Source: Geopsychrobacteraceae bacterium (GTDB taxonomy: Bacteria; Desulfobacterota; Desulfuromonadia; Desulfuromonadales; Geopsychrobacteraceae). Taken from it: a DNA stretch of 64,000 nucleotides. How positions within the stretch are numbered: the first letter of the stretch is position 1; each line of letters begins with the position of its first letter. Shown here piece by piece: positions 40,541-49,068 of this stretch. A program made the position numbers and the translations under genes. The notes beneath the pieces were generated by a model, which ran no database searches, had not been told where the DNA came from, and saw only the letters and a list, made by a program, of their open reading frames with translations. Where the stretch lies: positions 1,568,001 to 1,632,000 of the forward strand of contig CAXXTB010000002.1 of the NCBI GenBank assembly GCA_963676795.2. The letters are read 5' to 3'.

Positions 40541-41404
40541 TTAGGCAACTTTTGCATTACTTCCGTTATTCAGCATGATATTGCCGAGATTTATGCTCTT
40601 TTCGAGTTTAACTTCCAGCTTTTGTGCAGAGCCTGATGCTGAGTTGATATAGAGCGTATAGGCTTTGTTGCCGCAATCAAGACCATCAAATTTAAAGTCA
40701 CCAAAAGCGTCTGTTACTACTTTTGCGACCAGTTTTTCGTCATAAAAAAGTTCAATTGCGATGTTGTCGGCGCAATCGGTGATACCGTCAACTTCAACCT
40801 CAAGACTTCCGGCAATAAACGCTTTATCGATCATGTGCAGGTTCTTGTAGTAAACCCTCGGTTTGGTGCCTTTTTCCGGATGAACCTGGCGCAGGTTTTC
40901 AGCCTTTGCCTTGCGCTCCATCTCTTCCTGGGTCAGGCGGACAGTCACGAGTGCTTCGGCAAAGCAGGCCTGGGCACAGCGGGGTTGCGCCCAGCCTTCA
41001 TCGATCAGATGAGCACACATGGTACATTTCTGCGGCTGCTCCAGTTCCTCGTTCCAGTAGATCGCACCGTAAGGACAGGAGGAGACAATGTCCTTGCGCC
41101 CCTTGGCTTTGTCCGGGTTGATCAGCACGATCCCGTCAGGGCGGATGCTGATGCAGTCAGGAGCCGCCTTGGCACAGGCCGGTTCTGCACAATGCATGCA
41201 GGGGGCCGGCCGGTAGGCGACGTCGATCAGAGGGTAGGTGCCGCGTTCATGGCGGTGGATGTTCATCCAGCGATGACCGTGGCGAGGCTGGGAGAGGGTA
41301 TAGCCCGGCCAGTCGTTGTCGACATGTTCATCCTTGCAGGCCACGAAGCAGTTGTTGCAGTCGATGCAGCGTGAGACATCGATAATGGTAAAGATCTGTT
41401 TCAT
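40541..41404 (-). CDS. pyrogallol transhydroxylase beta-subunit-like Fe-S protein (BthL-like)
   Basis: CIDCNNCFVACKDEH, CMHC..PAC and CTMC..PRC..AC. One cluster motif is degenerate (DKAKGRKDIVSSCPYG), as in three-cluster BthL. C-terminal beta-sandwich region TDAFGDFKFDGL. Confidence 0.85.
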   Translation of the reverse strand: MKQIFTIIDVSRCIDCNNCFVACKDEHVDNDWPGYTLSQPRHGHRWMNIHRHERGTYPLIDVAYRPAPCMHCAEPACAKAAPDCISIRPDGIVLINPDKAKGRKDIVSSCPYGAIYWNEELEQPQKCTMCAHLIDEGWAQPRCAQACFAEALVTVRLTQEEMERKAKAENLRQVHPEKGTKPRVYYKNLHMIDKAFIAGSLEVEVDGITDCADNIAIELFYDEKLVAKVVTDAFGDFKFDGLDCGNKAYTLYINSASGSAQKLEVKLEKSINLGNIMLNNGSNAKVA

Positions 41405-44358
41405 GCTACGGCCTCCTCTTCGACATGCTTGCAAACTTCGATCATGCAGGAGTTGCCGGCCATGCTGTGTGATTTCTTTATGATCATGCGGCTCGGGGTC
41501 AGGGTGTTGACGCAGCCACCACGATCGATATTCTGGTTGTTTTCATTCTTGGAATCATAAACGGCGCATGATTCGTAGGAATGGATGGTTCCCGGGCGGA
41601 TCCGTTCGGAGACCTGGGCGGCGCAGATAACGGCGCCACGATCGTTGTAGAGCTTGATCAGGTCGTTGTGCTTGATCCCGCGGGCTACTGCGTCGACCGG
41701 ATTAATCCGTGCGACCCAGTAGTACCAGCCGTTGACCAGAACCCGGTGATCCTTGATGTCGTTGATGACCGAATCCTTGCCGTCGCCCATTGTGTGGAAG
41801 CTGAACTTCGGATGCGGAGAGATCATCTGCAGCGGGTATTTCTCCGAGCTGCCCGGACCCTCCCAGGAACGGCGATACTTCATGACCGGCAGACGTTCTT
41901 CATCATCCGGGGCAAAACGTTTGAGGCTTGAGGATTCAAACTCGATCTTGCCACTCTGGGTCTGCAGGCCGTTGCGGAAACCGTTGGCGTAATCGCCAGG
42001 CAGTGGAGTCGGATCAGGGGTATCCTTGGGACGGCCCTCATAGAACCAGTTGTAGGCGACCGGATCGCGACGATCTTCCGGCAGTGGCGGAATGACGTAG
42101 TAGCCCTTCTTCATGAACTTCTTCCAGGAGGTCGCTTTGGGCAGGTCAGTCCCCTCAAAGTAGCGCTTGCACCATTGCAGTTCGTCACTGCCTTCGCTGA
42201 AGACGCTGCCCAGGCCCAGGCGTTCTGCAAGCTCCAGGAAGATCTGGAAGTCCGACTTGGATTCCCCCAGCGGCTCGATACACTTGTGCTGGAGAACAGC
42301 GATCCGGTGATTATTCTGAATGAAGGAGTGGTTGATGTAACCACCGCAGTTGGCGTACTCGCCGATATCCCAGCGTTCGAAGTTAGTGCAGGCCGGCAGG
42401 ATGATGTCGGCGAACTTGGCTTCACCTTCGAACCAGATCGACTGGTTGACGACACACTCCAGGGTCTCGGACCGGTACATTTTAGCGTAACGGTTACTGT
42501 CGACCATGGTGCCGAAGTGGGAGCCGCCGTACTTGTAGTAGAGCGAGATCGGTGAATAGCCCGGGGCCGGGTACTCCATGCGCATAAACTGCCCCTCGAT
42601 GGTCTTAGGATCTGTCGGATAGCCTTCACAGTGCCCATCCAGGATCGCTTCCGGAATCTTAAGGCGCGGAATCGCCTGCTGAACCGTATTCATGGTCAAC
42701 AGGTGCGGCATGCGCTGATACATATTGACCGCAGCAGCCGTGCCATTGATGTCACCAGAGAAACCACCCTCGGAGTAACCCGGGAAGAAGAAGCGGGTGT
42801 CAACCGGGGTACCCATCTGCAGGCCGCCCATATTGACACCAGGCTTACCCAAGCCCTGCATCGCCATCAGGTAGACCATGCCGCGCGCCCAGTCGAGACC
42901 GGTCGCGGTCCGGCAGGCGCCACCGAAACCAACGATACCACCGGCATTCAGGTAGGTCTTCTTCTTGCCCCATTCACGGGCCAGGGCGCGAACGTCCTTG
43001 GCCGGAATGCCGGTTTCAGCTTCCTGCCATTCCGGAGTCTTCGGTATTCCGTCATCCTCACCGAGAACATGCTCAGCCCATTTTTCAAAGCCGGTGGTGC
43101 GCTTCGCGACATAGTCCTTGTCGTACAGATCTTCCGTGATCCAGACATAGGCCAGGGCGTGAATCAACGCATTGTCGGTACCCGGGCGAGGGGAGAGCCA
43201 CTTACCCGGAAAGCGGGCTGCCGTGTGATTCAGGTAAGGGTCAATATGGACAACCTTGATCCCCAGATCTTTGAGCCACTGACGACGGATGGTGCCGTCA
43301 CCGGCGGCATAGACGCCGCTGGTCGCTTCCGGATCACTCGACCAGAAAACCACCATCTCACAGTTCTTCAGGCAATCCTCAACGGTATTGAAGCCTTCGC
43401 TGCCACCGTTACGGGTGGAATGGCCCCAGTGGTGGGTTGCGCCCCAGAACCAGCCTTCCCAGGAGTCCGGGTTGTGCATGACCGGGGTAAAACCGATGGA
43501 GTTGAAAAAACGCAGACGGGCGCTCAGCCAGTAACCCAGGGCACCCCAGGTGTGGTGGGAACCGCTGCCGTTGAGGATGGCACCAGGACCATGCTTCTGC
43601 TTGGCACGGGTGATCTCACTGGCCACCAGGTCAAGAGCCTCATCCCAGCTGATCCTCTCGTAACCGGAGATCCCGCGGTTCTGCGGGTTGCGGTCGCCGT
43701 TCGGATCGAAGTCGACACGCTTCATCGGATAGAGCAGACGATCCTTGGAATAGATCATCGACTTCCAGGCCAGACCGTATGGACTACAGGTTCCTTTTTT
43801 AGGCGGACTGAATTTTTTGCCGCGGGCGGTGATAACCCATGGATCGGCATCTTCGCTGTCGAACTCGATAGGAGTAATGCGGAGGATCTTACCGTTTTTG
43901 ACATAGACAAAAACCGGACCGCCATTGGTGTTATTCGTGTAACGCTTGACCCCCTTGCCCATATCGGCACCGAACTCGTTGCGCAGTTCGAGCATGCTGT
44001 TCAGGGTTTCAGAGAGCCAGACGACGATCTCGTCCGGGCCGCTGACTTCGATCTGAAACTGCTTGGCGGCACTGACAAAATCGAGTTTGTTCAGGTTTGG
44101 TGAAAGCATGCGAGCTGCTGTTGCCGCATCTTCAAAGGACATGACCAGTTCAGCTTTTTTGTCGATCCCCGACTTGGATCTGAGCTTGCCATTGTTGAAG
44201 TAGAAGGTCCGCCCCTGACTGTTGTCACGCAGTTTGAGCTGAACGGATGTACTCTTCTCAGACAGACGCCGCTTGAATTCCGGTGAAAATTTACTTGCCA
44301 AACGGATGGTTTTCTCCATTCCGTAGAGCATAATGGACAATTTCGTTTTCTCTAGCAT
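41401..44358 (-). CDS. pyrogallol transhydroxylase alpha-subunit-like Mo-bisPGD enzyme (AthL/RehL family) with ~130-aa N-terminal extension
   Basis: TN.T.GGPVFVYVK.GKI.R.TP, SHH.WG, HNPDSWEGW, FPGY.EGG.SGD and SPHP.FS.HTMGDGK match the recalled Pelobacter AthL sequence. Confidence 0.88.
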   Translation of the reverse strand: MLEKTKLSIMLYGMEKTIRLASKFSPEFKRRLSEKSTSVQLKLRDNSQGRTFYFNNGKLRSKSGIDKKAELVMSFEDAATAARMLSPNLNKLDFVSAAKQFQIEVSGPDEIVVWLSETLNSMLELRNEFGADMGKGVKRYTNNTNGGPVFVYVKNGKILRITPIEFDSEDADPWVITARGKKFSPPKKGTCSPYGLAWKSMIYSKDRLLYPMKRVDFDPNGDRNPQNRGISGYERISWDEALDLVASEITRAKQKHGPGAILNGSGSHHTWGALGYWLSARLRFFNSIGFTPVMHNPDSWEGWFWGATHHWGHSTRNGGSEGFNTVEDCLKNCEMVVFWSSDPEATSGVYAAGDGTIRRQWLKDLGIKVVHIDPYLNHTAARFPGKWLSPRPGTDNALIHALAYVWITEDLYDKDYVAKRTTGFEKWAEHVLGEDDGIPKTPEWQEAETGIPAKDVRALAREWGKKKTYLNAGGIVGFGGACRTATGLDWARGMVYLMAMQGLGKPGVNMGGLQMGTPVDTRFFFPGYSEGGFSGDINGTAAAVNMYQRMPHLLTMNTVQQAIPRLKIPEAILDGHCEGYPTDPKTIEGQFMRMEYPAPGYSPISLYYKYGGSHFGTMVDSNRYAKMYRSETLECVVNQSIWFEGEAKFADIILPACTNFERWDIGEYANCGGYINHSFIQNNHRIAVLQHKCIEPLGESKSDFQIFLELAERLGLGSVFSEGSDELQWCKRYFEGTDLPKATSWKKFMKKGYYVIPPLPEDRRDPVAYNWFYEGRPKDTPDPTPLPGDYANGFRNGLQTQSGKIEFESSSLKRFAPDDEERLPVMKYRRSWEGPGSSEKYPLQMISPHPKFSFHTMGDGKDSVINDIKDHRVLVNGWYYWVARINPVDAVARGIKHNDLIKLYNDRGAVICAAQVSERIRPGTIHSYESCAVYDSKNENNQNIDRGGCVNTLTPSRMIIKKSHSMAGNSCMIEVCKHVEEEAVA

Positions 44359-44505
44359 AGGTATCCTCCATTGTCAGATAGGCTAATTACCTGACATTGT
44401 TTCCGTCTCAAAATGCTTAAACCAGCAAACGGCACTAACTCAGAGCCGACTTTTATAATTAAAAAACAATCATGTCAAAATTGAGTAAGCCATATAACCG
44501 TAAAT

Positions 44506-44534
44506 AGGTTAACTATCGATCGGTATACTGTCAA
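44506..44534 (-). promoter_or_regulatory. putative sigma70 promoter of transhydroxylase-like operon
   Basis: Minus strand TTGACA-N17-TAACCT, ~150 bp upstream of the start. Confidence 0.5.
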
Positions 44535-44972
44535 CGTTTTTTTTGTTGTTAAGATAGGTTTTGTTTTCCGTTCTTGGTTAGAAAAGTACTAGATCTTTCT
44601 ATGAGTTGCCTGAGTTTCAATATATGACACCAGTGTTCGATCAATGGAAATTTGATGACTAGATCGGTTCATATTCGTTCGATAGCTGAGATTGTTTGTC
44701 GATTAACGAAATAGATGGGGATAAAAGACTAGGGCACCAAGGAAAATCACACTCAACAGAACCAGCGGATCGATTTCTGACGACCGTTGACGGGGCAGTA
44801 CAGGTCTTTGACCTTGTCGCAGAGAAGTCTAGATCCATCACGCTATCAATTTGCGCTGTAGATGATCGGTAGGAACAAGTTCTTCGATACTGACGAATTC
44901 AAGTCCGATTTGCTTGTTGTCATCAACTCTAAGCATAACGGCAGCAAGCTGGATTTTGGTCAGTAAAAACAG

Positions 44973-45001
44973 AAAATCCCCGCCTAAATGGCGGGGATTT
45001 T
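44973..45001. terminator. Rho-independent (bidirectional-type) terminator
   Basis: AAAATCCCCGCC-TAAAT-GGCGGGGATTTT. Confidence 0.8.
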
Positions 45002-45080
45002 GTCAGCAATCAGAACTGTCAAAGACGGCTTTTATTATATGAATGCAAGTAACAGATTACTTCATGGAATTGTTACAAAT

Positions 45081-45200
45081 TCATCTTTTGTTTGTGCGTA
45101 GCAACGATGAAGCTGTCATAGACCAGATTCGAAATGCAATATGGAATGAAAAAATAGTGGCAAGTGAAATTAGGCCGGAAAATACTCTATTCAGTGTCAT
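45081..45200 (-). CDS. putative 39-aa small hydrophobic protein
   Basis: Strong RBS AGGAGGAG. Translation MTLNRVFSGLISLATIFSFHIAFRIWSMTASSLLRTNKR. Terminator ~80 bp downstream. Confidence 0.4.
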   Translation of the reverse strand: MTLNRVFSGLISLATIFSFHIAFRIWSMTASSLLRTNKR

Positions 45201-45527
45201 AATTCTCCTCCTGTGTTTCTTTAAGAGAAATATTGTTGTGATAAAAGAAACATATCAAAGTTTTTAAACGAATGCAACTACTCACTTGCATTAAATGATA
45301 GCATTTTTCTTCATTTGCAAAAGAGTGCTTTATCTCAATTAATACAAGGTGATTAACTGCTTGTTATGACATGCCCACAAATTGTTGTTGGTCGCTAGAA
45401 TCATGGGGTAACCAGCGCAAAAAAGTTGAATTGGAGATGCGAGACGAGTTGGAGGCAGGGCAATCATTTAGCGAATAAGTCGCTGTTTTTTTTAAGGTGT
45501 AGATGAAGGGCGGCGATTATTATCAAT

Positions 45528-45962
45528 CTATTGATTCAGATTTTTCGTGATCTCACGAATAATTTTTTTAAGCGCTTCGAGATCACTATTATCGATGCCG
45601 TTACTCATCCGGCCTATATTAGCCTTGGCAAAAGGGATCAGGTCTTGCTGGAGCTTACGTCCTTCTTCTGTCAGATAAACGCAATTATAGCGTCCATCCA
45701 ACGGGTTGGTTTCGCGATAGACGAGGCCACGTTTTTCCAGTTTTTTGAGTAAATTCATGGTCGATACCTTACTGCGACCATAACGATCAGCCAGATCCTG
45801 CTGGGAGATGCCATCTTGATGGGCAAGATGGACAAGAATATTCCATTGTTCCTGAGTGACATCGAATCCGGCCATGCTAAAAGTAGCGTTAAGGCTTTCA
45901 CGCATACACTTTACACATGTTGCCATCAGCATTGGAAATGACTCATCGATGTCATATTTCAT
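45528..45962 (-). CDS. MarR-family transcriptional regulator (paralog 2)
   Basis: About 75% identical to 33456-33899 by manual alignment. Confidence 0.92.
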   Translation of the reverse strand: MKYDIDESFPMLMATCVKCMRESLNATFSMAGFDVTQEQWNILVHLAHQDGISQQDLADRYGRSKVSTMNLLKKLEKRGLVYRETNPLDGRYNCVYLTEEGRKLQQDLIPFAKANIGRMSNGIDNSDLEALKKIIREITKNLNQ

Positions 45963-46068
45963 ATAGATTAAACCAGTTTTATGTGTTGATTTGCGTTAAT
46001 GGCATTACTGTCTGTTTATTAACCTGTGTTCTATGAGTTGTCAATCATAAGTTCTTATGTGAAAACAA

Positions 46069-46749
46069 TTATTTACTTATCTCATACCTGTGATTTAGCC
46101 AGTCGTAAATCCCGTAACGAAGATTGTAGATACGCTTAAATCCGCTGTTAATCATGATTCGGGCGGCAACAGTACTGCGATTCCCGGAAGCGCAGTAGAC
46201 AAAAACATCCTGGTGTTTGAACTCATCAAGTTCCGTGAGTCTGGATTCCAGTTCTTGAACAGGGATCAGGACCGCATCCTTGATATGGCCGCGAGCGAAT
46301 TCCATTCTTGTTCTGACGTCAAGGATCAACGGCCTGGTATTCTGCAGAAGATGATAGGCCGACGCAGCATCAAGTTCAGTATAGGATGGAGAGCTGTAAT
46401 CGATGACTTCAAAGGTTCCCGATGCATCGCCAGCCGTGAAGGGAAAGCGGCCGGTATTTTTGAGCTTGATGTAATTCGCTTCAGGTTCTGGGACTGGAAA
46501 AGATTTTTTGATATCCAGGTCTGGCATGGAAATCACAAAGCTATCCGTTCCCTTCAGTAGGGGGCGGATATAATCACCCCTGAAAACCCTGATCTGATTA
46601 TCGCTGCCCGGATGAAGCTGAACAGAACGGATGCCCTGCCTGATGACACCTGATGTCATCTGTTCCTGAGCCAGTGTGAGACCTGATAAGATGTGCACAA
46701 AGAGAGCAAGGCCAAAAATTATAGCAAAAATTATACGATTTTGTTTCAT
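46069..46749 (-). CDS. exported rhodanese-domain sulfurtransferase with N-terminal beta domain
   Basis: Signal peptide plus ILDVRT..EF..GHI..A and VYCASGNRS motifs. Confidence 0.85.
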   Translation of the reverse strand: MKQNRIIFAIIFGLALFVHILSGLTLAQEQMTSGVIRQGIRSVQLHPGSDNQIRVFRGDYIRPLLKGTDSFVISMPDLDIKKSFPVPEPEANYIKLKNTGRFPFTAGDASGTFEVIDYSSPSYTELDAASAYHLLQNTRPLILDVRTRMEFARGHIKDAVLIPVQELESRLTELDEFKHQDVFVYCASGNRSTVAARIMINSGFKRIYNLRYGIYDWLNHRYEISK

Positions 46750-46990
46750 CGCTTGATTCCTTGAGTGTTTTTATGACAAATTTACCCATGGTTTTGAGTA
46801 AACGTGGTAATTCACGGGTTTACTCTTTGACGAACGGGCCGGGCAACGGTTGGTCTGTTGCCGTTGACACTGTTTTTTAACAAACAGCAATAAATTTGAT
46901 CTGGTTATCCGATTCGTTCAAGTTGAACAGACACTGGAGCCAAGCAGATAACCGGAAAACTCGATATCAAGATAACAGAAATATTGTTTT

Positions 46991-47173
46991 ATGTCCGATT
47001 TACAAATCAAATGCCCTCGTTGTGGGATCAAGAGCGCTTGGCAGAACAATCCGTCTCGTCCTTTTTGCAGCGAAAAATGTCGACAGATAGACCTTGGTCA
47101 TTGGGCAGAAGAAAGTTACGCAATTGATGGCGGCCAGGCGCCGAGCAAAGAAAACGAGGATTCATATTTTTGA
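46991..47173 (+). CDS. yacG: DNA gyrase inhibitor YacG
   Basis: CPRCG..RPFCSEKC..IDLG.W..E.Y.I motif. Confidence 0.92.
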   Translation: MSDLQIKCPRCGIKSAWQNNPSRPFCSEKCRQIDLGHWAEESYAIDGGQAPSKENEDSYF

Positions 47174-47199
47174 GTCCCGTTATTACACAGGAGTAATAG

Positions 47200-47571
47200 A
47201 TGTACCATTTGACAATACTGACTCATTTCGCAGCAGCGCATAATCTTTTGAATTATCAGGGAGACTGTGAAAATCTTCACGGGCATAACTGGCGTGTTGA
47301 AGTGACGGTTACTGCGACTGAGCTCGATGATGCCGGCCTTGGTATCGATTTCAAGATATTGAAAAAGCATTCAAATGAGGTAATGGACTATCTTGATCAC
47401 AAGTATCTGAATGATCTTGATGCCTTTAAAGGTCTGAGCCCATCCTCTGAGCGAATAGCAAAATTTATCTACGAAAGACTGGAAACCAGTCTGGCAGATT
47501 ATTCGGCAAAAATGGAAAAAGTTACCGTTTGGGAGTCAGATAACGCTTATGCCACTTATACCGCCGACTGA
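47200..47571 (+). CDS. queD: 6-carboxytetrahydropterin synthase
   Basis: FAAAH.L..Y.G.CE.LHGHNW, LDH.YLN and PSSE.IA motifs. Confidence 0.94.
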   Translation: MYHLTILTHFAAAHNLLNYQGDCENLHGHNWRVEVTVTATELDDAGLGIDFKILKKHSNEVMDYLDHKYLNDLDAFKGLSPSSERIAKFIYERLETSLADYSAKMEKVTVWESDNAYATYTAD

Positions 47572-48298
47572 CCTGATTGAAATTTTTTCTTCAATTCAGG
47601 GGGAGGGGCTGCACGTCGGGTTGAGACAGGTTTTCATACGTTTCCCTGATTGCAACCTGCACTGCAATTACTGCGATACCAACTTTCAGCGATCTGCAAC
47701 CTGCCAGGTCGAAAAAGATCCCGGCAGTGGTGAGCTGGTTGAATGGGAGAATCCTGTTGCCCTGGCCCGGGTTGTTGACCTGTTGAAGCGCTGGACAAAG
47801 CGGCTGCCTGGGACCCATCATTCGATCAGCATTACTGGCGGCGAACCCCTGCTGCATGCCGATCTGCTCCAGGAATGGCTGCCCGATCTGGTGAAGGTCT
47901 TGCCGGTCTACCTGGAGACCAATGGTATCATGGCCGCAGAACTTGAAAAAATCATCGATCTGCTCGATTGGGTATCGATGGATATCAAGCTTCATTCCCA
48001 AACCGGCGAACGTTCTGACTGGCAGGCACATCGCGAGTTCCTTCAGATTGCCAATCGGGTCAACAGCTATGTCAAAGTTGTTGTCGGTCCGGAGACGACG
48101 GATCTTGAACTGCAGCTCAGTGCTGACCTGGTCAGTACCGTCGATAGCTCGATCCCTATTATTATCCAACCGGTCACCAGGGAGAATCAGGTCGGTATCA
48201 AGGTGAAACGCCTTCTGCAGATGCAGGCGCTGATGTGCGAGATTCATCCGCATGTCAGAGTTATTCCGCAGACGCATGTCTTTCTCGGAGCATTGTGA
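47549..48298 (+). CDS. queE: 7-carboxy-7-deazaguanine synthase (radical SAM)
   Basis: EIFSSIQGEG, CNLHCNYCDT, TGGEPL, LETNG and PQTH motifs. Confidence 0.92.
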   Translation: MPLIPPTDLIEIFSSIQGEGLHVGLRQVFIRFPDCNLHCNYCDTNFQRSATCQVEKDPGSGELVEWENPVALARVVDLLKRWTKRLPGTHHSISITGGEPLLHADLLQEWLPDLVKVLPVYLETNGIMAAELEKIIDLLDWVSMDIKLHSQTGERSDWQAHREFLQIANRVNSYVKVVVGPETTDLELQLSADLVSTVDSSIPIIIQPVTRENQVGIKVKRLLQMQALMCEIHPHVRVIPQTHVFLGAL

Positions 48299-48300
48299 AG

Positions 48301-49020
48301 ATGATCATATCTGAAATGACGATGCAGGAATTTGAGGACGGTCTGGGGAAAACCCTGACCGTCCTCATTCCTTTCGGTTCGACGGAAGAACATGGCCGGC
48401 ATTTACCGCTAGATACCGATACCCTTCAGGCAATAAGCGTTGGCCGTAAAGCATCTGCACTGCGGCCATTGTTTGTGGCGCCCCCGGTTCACTACGGCGT
48501 CTGCCGTTCGAGTCATGATCACAGTGGCACCCTGAGTATTACCACCGCGACTCTCAAGGCCCTGACCCTGGATATTTCCAGGGCGCTCTACCGGCAAGGT
48601 TTACGTCACTTTATTTTTCTCAGTGGACACGCCGGAGGGACTCACATGGCGGGACTGACCGATGCCGGGGAGGAGTTACTCAGGGAATTTCCGGATATCA
48701 AGGTTGCGGTTCTGACTGAATATCTGCTGGCCGCTGAAAGCGGTCGCCATCTGATCGAAACCGCAGGAGATTCTCACGCCGGCGAGATCGAGACCTCGCG
48801 CATCCTGCATTCCCATCCGCACCTCGTCAAAGGGGCGGCTGCTGCTGAATATCCCAGCTTTCCTGCGGGAATCCTGGTGCGGAACAAGAGAAAATTCTGG
48901 CCGGGTGGCGTCTGGGGGGATCCGACTAGGGCCAGCGCCGAGAAGGGGGCCCAGATTGAGAGCCTGGTTATTGAAAAACTCGTCGAATTTATCGATTTCT
49001 TTAAAGCCTGGCAGGAATAG
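48301..49020 (+). CDS. creatininase/ArfB/MftE-family amidohydrolase
   Basis: PFGSTEEHG.HLPLDTD, SGHAG, HAGEIETS and GVWGDP motifs. Confidence 0.9.
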   Translation: MIISEMTMQEFEDGLGKTLTVLIPFGSTEEHGRHLPLDTDTLQAISVGRKASALRPLFVAPPVHYGVCRSSHDHSGTLSITTATLKALTLDISRALYRQGLRHFIFLSGHAGGTHMAGLTDAGEELLREFPDIKVAVLTEYLLAAESGRHLIETAGDSHAGEIETSRILHSHPHLVKGAAAAEYPSFPAGILVRNKRKFWPGGVWGDPTRASAEKGAQIESLVIEKLVEFIDFFKAWQE

Positions 49021-49068
49021 ATCCACCCTGCCGGGCCATAAATGCTTGTGAAGCGCTGCCTGCCAGAA

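Noticed and set aside
42631..44103. 490-aa plus-strand ORF (likewise 18882-19979, 35573-36349, 57267-58295, 63090-63851)
   Set aside because: These lie antisense to well-supported genes, have no recognisable motifs, and are expected from GC-biased codon usage.
44659..44841. 60-aa minus-strand ORF upstream of the athL-like gene (also 31223-31417, 34022-34228, 45043-45267)
   Set aside because: No convincing RBS or motif; these are likely chance ORFs in intergenic DNA.
33456..45962. marR duplication as DGR template/variable repeat or as transposon ends
   Set aside because: Both copies are intact ORFs with dispersed substitutions, and no reverse transcriptase or transposase is nearby.
47200..48298. 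Dpd-type 7-deazaguanine DNA-modification defence system
   Set aside because: No dpdA/tgt-like or other dpd genes are present, and the context is core housekeeping.
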